Notes under the pieces: generated by a model | The model's database searches: none | What the model was told of the DNA's origin: nothing | The model's input: the letters and a program-made list of their open reading frames with translations, nothing else | Shown: one piece after another, positions 24,740 through 37,254 of the stretch | How the letters are laid out: every line of letters starts with the position of its first letter | How positions within the stretch are numbered: position 1 is the first letter of the stretch | Position numbers and translations under genes: made by a program | Origin: Octopus bimaculoides | Taxonomy: Eukaryota | Direction of reading: 5' to 3' | Length of the DNA stretch: 64,000 nucleotides | NCBI RefSeq assembly: GCF_001194135.2 | Contig: NC_068988.1 | Span: forward strand, 27,492,659-27,556,658

Positions 24740-25600
24740 ATAAACATCAAGAATAGAAGACGGAAAGTAAAATGTTTGGTGGAGAGCTAAAAATCAGGTC
24801 TCACTCAGCTAAGTGTGAATGGAAACAGAAATTTGCTATTGGGGATGTGGCACATGAATTGTTTCAAATTGTCATGGTGAATCAATTTATCTTTGGTTTT
24901 CAATTATTTTTAATTAGAAACAGTGTTTAAAAAGAGGTTTGGAAGAATCTGTGATAATCTTAGCAAAATTATGGCAGAGACAGGGAGAACTTAAAATTTT
25001 TTTTTTTTTTTTTTTTTTTACGAGAAGAGAATACATGCACATATGATCCTTGAGATCAATGTGGTTGATGGTCAGTTTGAAATTCTGTACATTGATGCCT
25101 CTAGAGAAGGTTTGGGTATAGGGAATTTTTTTATGGCTAGATTTCTGAGGAGGAACGATTGGGAGAAGTGTTTAGTTTAGGGTTCAGAGAAATGAAACAA
25201 AGTGATATACAGCCTTTGAGGTACAATGTTCATGGAAATAAAACCAGTCCCGACATATGGTGTTTAATTTTCATGTAGCTGTTGCCTGTGAGTGGAAGGG
25301 ATGTATTATTTGCATAGGAGTGTGTGTTGTTAGAAGTGACAGCTAGTGACAGGTCATTAATAAAGTGGAGGAAGAGTGTGAGAGACATTAGCAAAGCCTA
25401 AGGCATACTAAATGTTATAAAATATGAGAGAGAGAGAGTGAGAGACTTATTGATGTAAGAAAATCAATACAATAGATGAAAGATAGATGGAACTCATAGG
25501 CAGATGAGTGGGCTAAGAAGTTCCTTCTGTCTAGAGCAGGACCCGTTGCTTCATCATGTAAGAAAGTAAATCACTCTCAAAGCCTTCAAAGATCTTACTG
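24740..25600 (-). mobile_element. CR1/L2-like LINE RT fragment, decayed
   Basis: Minus peptide TLFLHFINDLSLAVTSNNTHSYANNTSL resembles PTLFLLFINDL...HSYADDSTL. Confidence 0.5.
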
Positions 25601-25770
25601 GGGGTTGATGAGAAAAGAAAGAAATTAATTGTGATAATCAAAGTGATTGTTTACAACAGTCTCCATTACCTTCAAATGGTATTGATGATACATTGGTAGT
25701 TTTTAAGATCAAAGGGATAGATATTTTGAAGAAGGTGCATATTTATAGGTTAGGGCAAATTGCATGTTAA

Positions 25771-25950
25771 CCCTTCAGTGCTCAGATTACTCTGCGAAAT
25801 GTTAATCTTATTTATTTACATTGTTTTGAATTAACCATACATTATCTCATAGCTTTGATACTTTAATTATGTGAATGATTATTCTTAGAACGTAGGTGTA
25901 TTCAGCCAGATCAGGTAGAGTATTTGGGCTAGATGTGGTCAATTTAAAGG
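25771..25950. mobile_element. TTAA-type MITE family 1, partly deleted
   Basis: TTAA|CCCTTCAG start; cagattactctg...cattatctcatagctttga body shared with other copies. Confidence 0.6.
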
Positions 25951-27074
25951 AAAGACTGGAAAGTTTGGTAAGAGTAGCGACCACCTGGGTAGCACTCTGC
26001 TTGAATGTAATGGAAGAAAAGCACTATCAAAGCCAATCATATTTTGGGATGGAAGTAACTAGAAATGTTCTCACTTTCTGACTCTGTACTTGTCAGTCAT
26101 GGGATATCAAGACTAAATCTCAGAATGTTAAGTTTCTCACGGTATAATGCAGGGTTTAAAATCATAATAGTATACAAATTATAATACAATCTTGTTGTAT
26201 TGTAAACCCTCCAACCTTTGACAGTATGCAGAAAAACTGAAGTGGGATCAATAATTATTATTCTTATAGACTAGTAATAGTAGAATCCTTGAAGCATCAG
26301 GCTTAATTCTTTGTGATTTTCACTTTTAAATTCTGAGTTCAGATTTAGTTAGGTTGATTTGGATTTTTGTTTTTCCTGGATCAATAAAAAGAAGTAGCTA
26401 TCAAGTACTACAGTTAATTCAACCAAGTAAAACCTCAATGAGTTCCAAGTTAGAAGCCATTTTGTTGATTAGAGTAATTTCTCAAATATTTTGTACAACG
26501 AATATATTTATATTTCGCTGATTAATATTCTCAAAATTTAGTCATTTTCTCTTTTCCATTTGCACATATGTTTTCTGTGAGAGAGAGAAAGAGAGAGAGA
26601 GGTTTTTTTTTTATCTCTCCTATGGCATTAAATTTCAGCATTACATCCCAAAGACCTGTATGCTGTCCATATTAAGTTTATTTTCGTTTTTACCTCCTCT
26701 GTTCTGATAACTACTTTCTGAGTTTCATTTCTATGATGATAGCATTAAGTAATAATACATTATATTAATTACAAGAAAAAGGATTTTCTTTTCTATTACA
26801 AAAGCCACAAATTTTTTTATGAGAGTCGAGATGGTCAACTGAATCAATTCCCAGTTTTTACTCATGCTTAATTTATTGATTGCTTGAGGGATGAAAGACA
26901 CATCTGTCCTCAACAGGATTCTAACTTAAGGATATCAATAACAACGACATCAGCAATAGTAATAATAATAATAATAATAATAAGTAAAGACTGATTATTA
27001 ATATCAATTTTATAGATACACAAATGGCTGACTGGATCTGTATATATATATGGGAGAATTTACGAAAAAAACAA

Positions 27075-27225
27075 CAGACGAGGACAGGTGGTGTAAACAA
27101 CAAAAGGATGTATTAGTTTAACGCTCGGGAATACAGAAAGTCTTTAACGTTTCGAAAGTCTTTAACGTTTCGAGCTACGCTCTTCAACAGAAAGAATACG
27201 GAGAAAACAAGGAGAAAAAAAATTG
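27075..27225 (-). mobile_element. Short Penelope-like repeat, CpG-intact copy
   Basis: Homologous to 15985-16165; carries gaagagcgtagctcgaaacg on the minus strand. Confidence 0.55.
27141..27195 (-). ncRNA. Putative minimal type I hammerhead-ribozyme-like motif (variant core CUGUUGA)
   Basis: UCUUU-CUGUUGA-A-GAGC(GUA)GCUC-GAAACGUU-AAAGA: helix I of 5 bp, helix II of 4 bp, palindromic helix III, GUU site. Confidence 0.45.
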
Positions 27226-28334
27226 AATGTTTTGGTCAGCGATCTGTATACATATATATATATNNNNNNNNNNNNNNNNNNNNNNNNNNNNNNNNNNNNN
27301 NNNNNNNNNNNNNNNNNNNNNNNNNNNNNNNNNNNNNNNNNNNNNNNNNNNNNNNNNNNNNNNNNNNNNNNNNNNNNNNNNNNNNNNNNNNNNNNNNNNN
27401 NNNNNNNNNNNNNNNNNNNNNNNNNNNNNNNNNNNNNNNNNNNNNNNNNNNNNNNNNNNNNNNNNNNNNNNNNNNNNNNNNNNNNNNNNNNNNNNNNNNN
27501 NNNNNNNNNNNNNNNNNNNNNNNNNNNNNNNNNNNNNNNNNNNNNNNNNNNNNNNNNNNNNNNNNNNNNNNNNNNNNNNNNNNNNNNNNNNNNNNNNNNN
27601 NNNNNNNNNNNNNNNNNNNNNNNNNNNNNCTTTTACCTTGATTCCATCTGTTGTAGTCTTGTCTCTCCGAGGACCAGTCTGTTCTTATCCATCACTAATT
27701 GTTAGGTAAACCCTACACTTTTTGATTAACTGTGTCCTAAAAATGTATCCATCCTGGATGTCAAAGAAAGGAGAGAGAGAGGAGAAAGGAAGAGAATCTA
27801 GGCTTTAGGCTACATAGAGAAGGTGGAACCAGGAGCAGGAGACTACTGATTAACAGCAAACAAGGAAAAGTACTTCTCCCATCATTCAAATATCTGCTGC
27901 TAGGGTGACAGGAGAGGTTTTCTGTTGCTAGCTGGCCAGATGCAAGCAAATATTCCTGTGCCATCTAATGAGCTAGCTATAACTAGTTTGCTATAACTAG
28001 CTTGCTAGCTGCAATCAGCTTCTGTCTCTTCAATGTGTACAAAAGAATCCCTCCAAAACTTCTCACCGACACTAAGATTGGACTGGGTTTATGTTTGTGC
28101 CATTTCTAGTTAGATTGGAATTTTTAATCAGTGTCTTTGTTACATTTGGTTTTATGTTTAGACTTCTGTCATAACACATACACATTACTACCTATCTATT
28201 TCCTCTCTCCCTATCTATCTATATATATATATATNNNNNNNNNNNNNNNNNNNNNNNNNNNNNNNNNNNNNNNNNNNNNNNNNNNNNNNNNNNNNNNNNN
28301 NNNNNNNNNNNNNNNNNNNNNNNNNNNNNNACAT

Positions 28335-28378
<44 letters not shown>

Positions 28379-28457
28379 GTATTTATATATTTATATGCAT
28401 GTAAACACATATACAGACATATTTGCATGTATACAAATACATGAATATATGTGTGTT

Positions 28458-28498
<41 letters not shown>

Positions 28499-29054
28499 GA
28501 TAGAATATTTTATCGCAAATTATTGTTTACAATGTCTAATCTCTAATATATGATAATTAGTAGTTTTAAATTTCATTTAATGATATTTAATTTACATTTC
28601 TATTTTACCTCAGGGTGGTGGTTCATTTACTTGATTTTTATATATTGTGTGTATGTAGTGTAGTGTATATATAATAGCCACACTCTTTGACAGACACACT
28701 CATTCTGAAATATATACATTAATTAAATTATACAACAGTCAATATTCTGTGTAAATAATATTGGTTTGCATGTGTAAGTGATGTAATTTGAAAGAAAAAG
28801 ATGTTACAGAAATTGAAACTTGCTGAGGAGTCTAGTATTTTTAAACATAAAAGAAAGACAGGTGCAGAAATTACCAGGTCAGGTTTTAAAATACTGGACA
28901 TTATGCATGAAATGACAAAGGGTCAGCAACAGGGGTATTTTACTGTATTGTAGACTTATGCAACCCATACGAGATTGGTAAAAAGGACTAAAAATGATGG
29001 TGAAGATTGTGTTATCCTGGTCAAGTATCACCATCATTTAATGCTCACTCATTC

Positions 29055-29345
29055 CTGTGCCACATACAAAACACCTGTGCCTCTGCCACATGTAAAGCAC
29101 CCGTGCCTGTGCCACATGTAAAACACCTGTGCCACATGTAAAGTGCCTGTGCCACATGTAAAACACCTGTGCCACATGTAAAGTACCTGTGCCACATGTA
29201 AAGTACCTGTGCCTGTGTTGCATGTAAAGCACCTGTGCCACATGTAAAGCGCCTGTGCCACAGGTAAAGCACCTGTGCCTGTGTCGCATGTAAAGCACCT
29301 ATGCTAGTGCCACATGTCAAAGCACCTGGGCCAGTGTCATATAAA
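29055..29345 (+). repeat. Minisatellite, about 13 units of 20/26 bp (cctgtgccacatgtaaagca)
   Basis: Direct reading; long units carry an extra gtgcct-type hexamer. Confidence 0.9.
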
Positions 29346-29605
29346 AGGTTCCCAATACACTCTGTAAAATTGTGTGCATTAGGAAGGGCCCACACTCGAA
29401 AGGAACTCTGCCACCACGTCTCCGTGAGCCCTGTTCGAAAGGAACTCAGCCACCTCTCCTCCATGAGGCCCAATGTTCGAAGGGAACTCAAACACTATGC
29501 CTCCATCAGGCTCAACATTCAGCAAAACCTGATCCTCCCACCCATTGCATCTCTGCCTAACTGTTCAACCCATGTCATCATGGAATAACGACGATGATGA
29601 TGATG
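29346..29605 (+). mobile_element. Family C variant with an internal 39/42-bp repeat
   Basis: caatacactctgtaaaattgtgtgcattaggaagggc, then three tcgaa(a/g)ggaactc units, then caacccatgtcatcatggaa + (gat)n. Confidence 0.65.
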
Positions 29606-30824
29606 GTGGTAATTGATCGTCATTTCAGTTTGCTATTATCATCCCTAAAATTGGTTTTAAATCCTTATCTTTGTGTTGGCCTTACAAAGCTTAGAAGGAT
29701 TGGATCTATTTTGTTACACTCAGCACCTTCACAGCAGTTGATAGTATTAACATTAATCTGGCCAAACCTGTTTCATCTTTATCAAACCTCTGTCAGAAGA
29801 TGAATTTTTTTTTTATTTTTCGAGATAACTATAAATATAATACATTGTGGATATTACATTATACCATACTGTACATCATATTATTAGATGGCTTGCTTAA
29901 AGATAGGGCTTACATTGATAGCAGGCTCTATAGTCGAGGTATAAGCTTTGATTATCAAAGTGTTCATTGTTTTGAGAAGGACAAAGCTAGCCATATGCCT
30001 CAAAGCAATAATGGGTACAAAATCACACTTGTTCAATCAATATCATCCCTATTAATAGTGCAGTGGTTATAGAAATGGAAAAGCATTATACTATCAACAG
30101 TCAGTAATAACCACACAAAAAAAAAAGAAATTTTTTTTTTTTTAAATGGATGATTGTTGTTCATCATCATCATCACCGTCGTCATCATCACCATCATTAT
30201 CATCAGGTTATAAAATATGATTAAAAGTAGTCACATTACTAAACTTTTATTAGATAGATACTGATTCATGACTGTGTGTGTNNNNNNNNNNNNNNNNNNN
30301 NNNNNNNNNNNNNNNNNNNNNNNNNNNNNNNNNNNNNNNNNNNNNNNNNNNNNNNNNNNNNNNNNNNNNNNNNNNNNNNNNNNNNNNNNNNNNNNNNNNN
30401 NNNNNNNNNNNNNNNNNNNNNNNNNNNNNNNNNNNNNNNNNNNNNNNNNNNNNNNNNNNNNNNNNNNNNNNNNNNNNNNNNNNNNNNNNNNNNNNNNNNN
30501 NNNNNNNNNNNNNNNNNNNNNNNNNNNNNNNNNNNNNNNNNNNNNNNNNNNNNNNNNNNNNNNNNNNNNNNNNNNNNNNNNNNNNNNNNNNNNNNNNNNN
30601 NNNNNNNNNNNNNNNNNNNNNNNNNNNNNNNNNNNNNNNNNNNNNNNNNNNNNNNNNNNNNNNNNNNNNNNNNNNNNNNNNNNNNNNNNNNNNNNNNNNN
30701 NNNNNNNNNNNNNNNNNNNNNNNNNNNNNNNNNNNNNNNNNNNNNNNNNNNNNNNNNNNNNNNNNNNNNNNNNNNNNNNNNNNNNNNNNNNNNNNNNNNN
30801 NNTATATCATCATCATCATCATCA

Positions 30825-31117
30825 TCATCATCATCGTTTAACGTTTGCTTTCCATGCTAGCATGGGTTGGACGATTTGACTGGGGACTGGTGAACCAGAT
30901 GGCTACACCAGGCTCCAATCTGATTTGGCAGAGTTTCTACAGCTGGATGCCCTTCCTAATACCAACCACTCCGAGAGTGTGGTGGGTGCTTTTACGTGCC
31001 ACCGGCACGAAGGCCAGTCAGGCGGTACTGGCAACGGCCACGCTCAAAATGGTGTATTTTACATGCCACCTGCACAAGAGCCAGTCCAGCGGCACTGGCA
31101 ACGATCTTGCTCGAAAG
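30825..31117 (-). mobile_element. Family C repeat, young copy
   Basis: Many CpGs retained; (CAT)n tail next to the gap; internal tandem of a ~62-bp tttacgtgccacc unit. Confidence 0.85.
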
Positions 31118-31327
31118 TCTATGTGTGTGTGTATTTCGAGCATTTAACAACAATATACTAGAGTAGAAAAACAGCCAACAACTGATGAAGGGTCGTTTTT
31201 TTATGTTGTTTGTCTTGTTTTCCATTTGTGTCTTTTGTTGTTCGAACAAATAGTTCATATTCCATGTACTCGTACTTCATATTTTTTTGTTGTACACATT
31301 TCATGACGTCCTGTGCCCCACATATAC

Positions 31328-31405
<78 letters not shown>

Positions 31406-32565
31406 TATTTATATTATTATATGATTCAATGCCACGCATCCTCTTCCAAGTAAGTTATTTATATATATATATATATATGACGTTAAACGATGATGATTAT
31501 GATATATATATATATGAGAGAGGGAAAGAGATAGATAGATAGATAGATATACATATGTGTGTGTGTGTGTGTATATATAAACCATAAAATATCAAGAAGT
31601 ATGAGAGGTGAAGATATTTATTTAACCTCTTGACATTGTTAGAATTACAGCTGTTCTGCAGACTTCTTCATGTAGTAATAATTTCAGTGCATAATAAAAT
31701 TATGTTTACATGTTTGCATTAATATGCATGCTGTGCATTATACAATGAATTGTATATTCACAAACCAATACAAATAAAGTTACCTAGCTCATCAGATCGT
31801 CAGAACATCATGGTTATACCAATGGTCCAACTCTTTATATATGGCTCTCCATCAGCTTTGACAAATATTGTTTAAACAACTGAATTAACTGCTTATGGTG
31901 GAATCCATGTCTTGTGTACCCTTAAATTATGAGATTCTCAGGCAAAAATCGTTGTGTCACTCTGGACTGGAGTTTGCTTCTCTTCATTCTGTTTTTATAA
32001 AATAAATACCAGAAATATGCTGCAGTTGATTCATTTGAAAATACAGACTGCTTTACTAAAATTTGCCTTGCATGTAGTTTAAAATAAAACATGTCCTTTT
32101 GTCATTGGAAACTTGCAAAACAGATATGATCCTGACAGGAAATTGTGACAAAGGCCTGAAGAAATTAGAACAGAGCATGTCTTAAAATAAACACTTTCAA
32201 CTCATGATTTTAAAAGATACATTACTGAAAAAATATGGATAGTTATTCTCAATCATTTTTGATGTATTATAATAACAACAATACCTAAATAAATTCAAAT
32301 TCAAAAATTCTTTCAAAATGCAATTTAGAACATGATATTTTTAATTATCATGACACTATATTTTATCAAGGTAAACTTGTCTTCATTTCTGAGTTGCATA
32401 TAATATTTCTGTTGACTAATACTGTTTATTAACTATCACTTTAACCTTTGTGTAATATCAATGTTTAAGAGTTAAATTGAAAACTAAGTTATTTTGAAGT
32501 ATACTACACGACTCCATTTCTTGGAGTGATCACTTGTGTTAACCCACAAATAAAACACATACACA

Positions 32566-32622
32566 CAGGGATGGGCAAAAGTAGGTATACAGTTGCTTAA
32601 TATTAATGGGATGTTCTTTTCA

Positions 32623-32653
<31 letters not shown>

Positions 32654-33047
32654 ATATATATATATATATATGACTTGTTTGTCATTTGACTGTGGCCATG
32701 CTGGAGCACTGCCTTTAGTCAAACAAATCACCTCCAGGACTTATTTTTTGCAAGCCTAGTACTTATTCTATCAGTCTCTTTTACTGAACTGCTAAGCTAT
32801 TGGGGCATAAACACACACACACATATATATATATATATCAATGTTATAGTACTTAATTCATTAAATTTATTAGCACACTAAATTAGTTAGCCTCATTTTT
32901 GATATTTTCAGTGTCATTAATCATAATGATACATTCATTATAATTATAATAATACTTTTATTGTAACTTTTAATTTTTTTTGATAAAAATAAATATTGTA
33001 CGTGTTTTCTTTTTCATAACTGTATACCTACTTTTGCAGCACCCCTC
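32566..33047. mobile_element. Tc1/mariner-like non-autonomous element with a SINE insertion
   Basis: TIRs cagggatgggcaaaagtaggtatacagtt and aactgtatacctacttttgcagcacccct; SINE A 3' part at about 32672-32815 (-). Confidence 0.7.
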
Positions 33048-33074
33048 TGTGTGTGTGTGTATACTTACATCTAT

Positions 33075-33480
33075 ACGCGTAAACTTGCTCCTCAACCATA
33101 TGATCTTGAGTACAATTTCACTGCATGACACTTTGGGCAAGTGACTTCTACTATAGTCCCAGGCTGGACAAAGCTTTGTGATTGGAATAGCTAAACAGAA
33201 ACTGGAAGTGGCTTATCATGTTCTCACACACACACACAAGTGTGTGTTTGTGTGTACCTTTGCAACTAACATAGTTTTTAGGTTCAGTCCCATTGCATAG
33301 CACATTAGGCAAGTGTCTTCTGCTATAGCCCCAGGCCAACCAATGCCTTGTAAGTGAATTTTAGTTGATGGGAAAGTACCACTCTTCAATAAAAAAAAAA
33401 AAAAAAGATACCGTGGTCAGTTTGTTTGACTAATCTCTTCAAGGTAGGGCACACAGTCCAGTGACTGAAGCAAACGAGAT
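33075..33480. mobile_element. Cluster of SINE A fragments
   Basis: cactttgggcaagtgacttctactatag and cattaggcaagtgtcttctgctatagcc segments, then a tail remnant. Confidence 0.6.
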
Positions 33481-33629
33481 ATATATATATATATATAAAC
33501 AATGTATGTATAGATGGGAGCAGCTTTTTGTCTTCGAGGCATGAGTATTAGAAACATGACTAATGCTTTTTCAATAATTTTTGTCTTGAATTTTTTTGCT
33601 TTTGTTCCTTGTACTAGTCACTCTGCACA

Positions 33630-33663
<34 letters not shown>

Positions 33664-33794
33664 ATTGGACAATAAAAAATAAAAATCCATAAACCAGGAA
33701 CATTTCACAGAAAATTATTCAAAATGTGTTGTAGCTGTGTTTTAATATTGTGTATATGATACGCTATAAGGATGTGTATATGTTTGTTCTTCAG

Positions 33795-33828
33795 TACATT
33801 GTTGACAAAGACGGAGTATTTACTATTA
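33795..33828 (+). CDS. Candidate short exon (YIVDKDGVFTI, phase 0-1)
   Basis: atgtttgttcttcag| acceptor; donor tta|gtaaaa is uncertain. Confidence 0.2.
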
Positions 33829-35132
33829 GTAAAAATATATCTCCAAGTATTACAAGTTAGAACAACTAATACAAATGGGTTTTTTTGTATTTGTATAATT
33901 TAAGTGCTTTGTGCAGTCAAAATTTTTACTACAAAGTTGTTTCAAATTGAGAAGATGAATAATATTTTAGTGATGTAGAAATTTCAAAGTGAAAATATAA
34001 ACCTTAAAACATGGGTCTGTGTACACATGTGTAATTTTAGCATACAGGAACAAAGGAAACTCTGCATGTGTTTGTGCATATATGTACGTATGTGTGTGTG
34101 TGCGTGTGTGTGTTTTCTCCAGATCCAGAGTAATAAATTCAGTTTTGTCTTTACTTTGTCTCATTAAAGAATAATTAATTTATTATTTTCAGATTTTCTT
34201 ATTAATTTTTGTTGGTTTAAAAAAAATTTTTTTTTTTTAAATATAGGCTCTAAATGATCTACGTTTTAATCATGGTTTGATAGTACTAAAAATCATGGTT
34301 TTAGTAGTAAAATATCAAAGGAAATAAAACAGTTATTAGCTATTCCACTTAAAAAGAAGGAAAAAAAAAAGAACAGAACAGGCCTTGCATTTGAGGAATT
34401 ATTATCAGGAATATCACCAGAATTATTGTAGTGGTAGTGGTGGCGGTGATGGTGGTGTGGTGGTGGTGGTGGTGGCAATTTATTAAAATTTTCTTTATTA
34501 AAACAGAAATATTTATTTTACAAACACTTTCATCTAATATTTTTAAAAGTATTTCTCATTCCATTTGGAGAAGAAAGTATTGGAATAAAAAAAAAACAAA
34601 AAAAAAACAATAAAAAACATCAACTAAACATTTTAAGGGGGATAATAAATAATAAATAATAAAAGCAAGCAAGGCAAAACATAAGAAGTAATAGATTTGG
34701 TAAACATTTGTTTTNNNNNNNNNNNNNNNNNNNNNNNNNNNNNNNNNNNNNNNNNNNNNNNNNNNNNNNNNNNNNNNNNNNNNNNNNNNNNNNNNNNNNN
34801 NNNNNNNNNNNNNNNNNNNNNNNNNNNNNNNNNNNNNNNNNNNNNNNNNNNNNNNNNNNNNNNNNNNNNNNNNNNNNNNNNNNNNNNNNNNNNNNNNNNN
34901 NNNNNNNNNNNNNNNNNNNNNNNNNNNNNNNNNNNNNNNNNNNNNNNNNNNNNNNNNNNNNNNNNNNNNNNNNNNNNNNNNNNNNNNNNNNNNNNNNNNN
35001 NNNNNNNNNNNNNNNNNNNNNNNNNNNNNNNNNNNNNNNNNNNNNNNNNNNNNNNNNNNNNNNNNNNNNNNNNNNNNNNNNNNNNNNNNNNNNNNNNNNN
35101 NNNNNNNNNNNNNNNNNNNNNNNNNNNNNNNN

Positions 35133-35378
35133 ACACACACACACACACACGTATGCATGCACACATATCTGAACTGAGAAATTATTACACAAACACATGA
35201 ACAGACATGTTCACATACATGTGCAGGCACACACACACACACACACACACATGTACAGTCATACGTACTCTCAAACACTCGTTTGTTCACACACACATAT
35301 TGCTATACACACATGCACACACACATATATTACATTCACATTCGGATATACACTCAAAACATGCTTTACTCTCACGTG

Positions 35379-35411
<33 letters not shown>

Positions 35412-35470
35412 CGTAACACACACAGCCATACTTAAACTCTAATTCTCTCTTTCCTTCTCTCTCTCTTTCC

Positions 35471-35515
<45 letters not shown>

Positions 35516-35614
35516 GCAGAAGAGAGAGTGAGAGAGAGAGGTAGTAATCAATATTACCATCTCTGAATGCTGAGAATTTGTGCATCTGAACTGTTATCAG
35601 AACATTGGTCTCCA

Positions 35615-35673
<59 letters not shown>

Positions 35674-35690
35674 CACACCCTCTCTCTCTC
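35133..35690. repeat. (CA)n and (CT)n microsatellite field
   Basis: Direct reading. Confidence 0.9.
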
Positions 35691-36169
35691 CTTTATACTT
35701 CTGACTCTGTACCTTTCTCTATTTCTCCTATGAAGCTGGACACACTTGTCCAAGTGTGTACTGTACTTGCAGGCTGGCATTTACAGTAGATAGGCTGGTA
35801 GGTAGTTAGGCAAAGGGACTTTATTAATGTGACAGTCAGCTTGGACACACACACTGCTGCTATCACCACCACCACCACCATTACCATTATTACTACTACT
35901 ACTACTACTTTTACTTTCTCCAGTGCCTCTAAGGTAACAACAACAATAACAACTGCCGCTATAAGAGCAGCTCTAGAGATTTTTATACTGTCTTATTGAT
36001 TTCTTCACATTAACCGGAGAAAGTGTGTGTACATGTGTGTGTTTATTGAGTTCTTTTAAAACATCCCTTAATTTTTTTCTCCCCCCCCCCCTCGAAATAT
36101 TTTTAAAGAGAAAAATNNNNNNNNNNCCCCCCCCCCCTCGAAATATTTTTAAAGAGAAAAATGAAATTG

Positions 36170-36514
36170 ATGATTATGATAATCCTAATAAAATGATAAT
36201 GATGGTGATGGTGATGACAGTGGTGGTGGTGGTGGTGGTGGTGATGAGGATGATGATAATCCTGATAAAATGATGACGATGACGATGGTGATGGTGGTGA
36301 TGATGATGATGGCAGTCATAAGAAACTAATAGTAAAGATAATTAATAACGGTGATAATGCTGAAGATAAGGAAGACAATGATAATGATGATAATAATAAT
36401 GAAATAATGATGGTAAAAGTAATTCATACTGATAATGAAATAATGATGAATATGTGCTAAACAAAGAGGGTAATGAAGATGATGAATATTCTTCTTTTTC
36501 TTCTCATTGTCATC

Positions 36515-36546
<32 letters not shown>

Positions 36547-36720
36547 TATCATCATAATCATCATTATTATTATCATAATTGTTATTATCATCATCATCGT
36601 CATTATTATTATTAGAGGAATAGTAGTAGTCTTAACACTAAAAATGATGATGATGATGATGATGATAACAAAAAAAGGTGCTCCAGTTCTTCATCATCAT
36701 GATGATGATGATGATAATTT
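36170..36720. repeat. Mosaic trinucleotide low-complexity block (ATG/GTG/ATA, then ATT/ATC)
   Basis: Direct reading; explains the poly-I/poly-M ORFs. Confidence 0.9.
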
Positions 36721-37254
36721 CAAAAGAAAATGGCCTAATCATTCTATGGATTTGATAGCAGTAGGAAGAAAAATCAGCTTTTTTCATTATTTCATCTACA
36801 AAGAGAATAACTGAAAAAGCTATTTTTTTTTTAATGAGCCTGTACATGCATGCACATGCACACACACATGCATACACACACGCTTGCACAAGAATATGAG
36901 AAGGCATATGCATTTGTGTATATGTGTGTTTGTATGCATATCATCCACAAGAAATACCATTCTTATTCATCTTGGCATTTCATATTAATTTATGAATTAT
37001 TTTTGTTTTCCTAACTTAACTATTAATGCTATTGTTTAATATAGATAACGCTTTATTAAAGAAATAATATAAATCATAGTTTTCTTCTATTTTTGCTCTC
37101 ATAAGATTTTTTTTTCTTCTGGCAATATATATATTATTTATAGAATTTGACTTCTATTTCTCGTTAAAATAAATTCCTTTAATTTTGTTGTTTTTAGCTA
37201 TTCAGCAAAAATAACACAATGTCCATTAATTCAAAATAGTTCTTTATATATGTA

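Noticed and set aside
29038-29491. Repetitive ORFs over the minisatellite, and a CRISPR-like look at 29396-29532
   Set aside because: Tandem-repeat translation; the spacers are homologous to each other, the host is eukaryotic and there are no cas genes.
31182-31195. CTGATGAAGGG, half of a hammerhead core
   Set aside because: No helix II closure or GAAAC follows; at most a truncated Penelope-like remnant.
36081-36162. 35-bp direct repeat flanking a 10-N gap
   Set aside because: Most likely an unmerged contig overlap next to poly-C.
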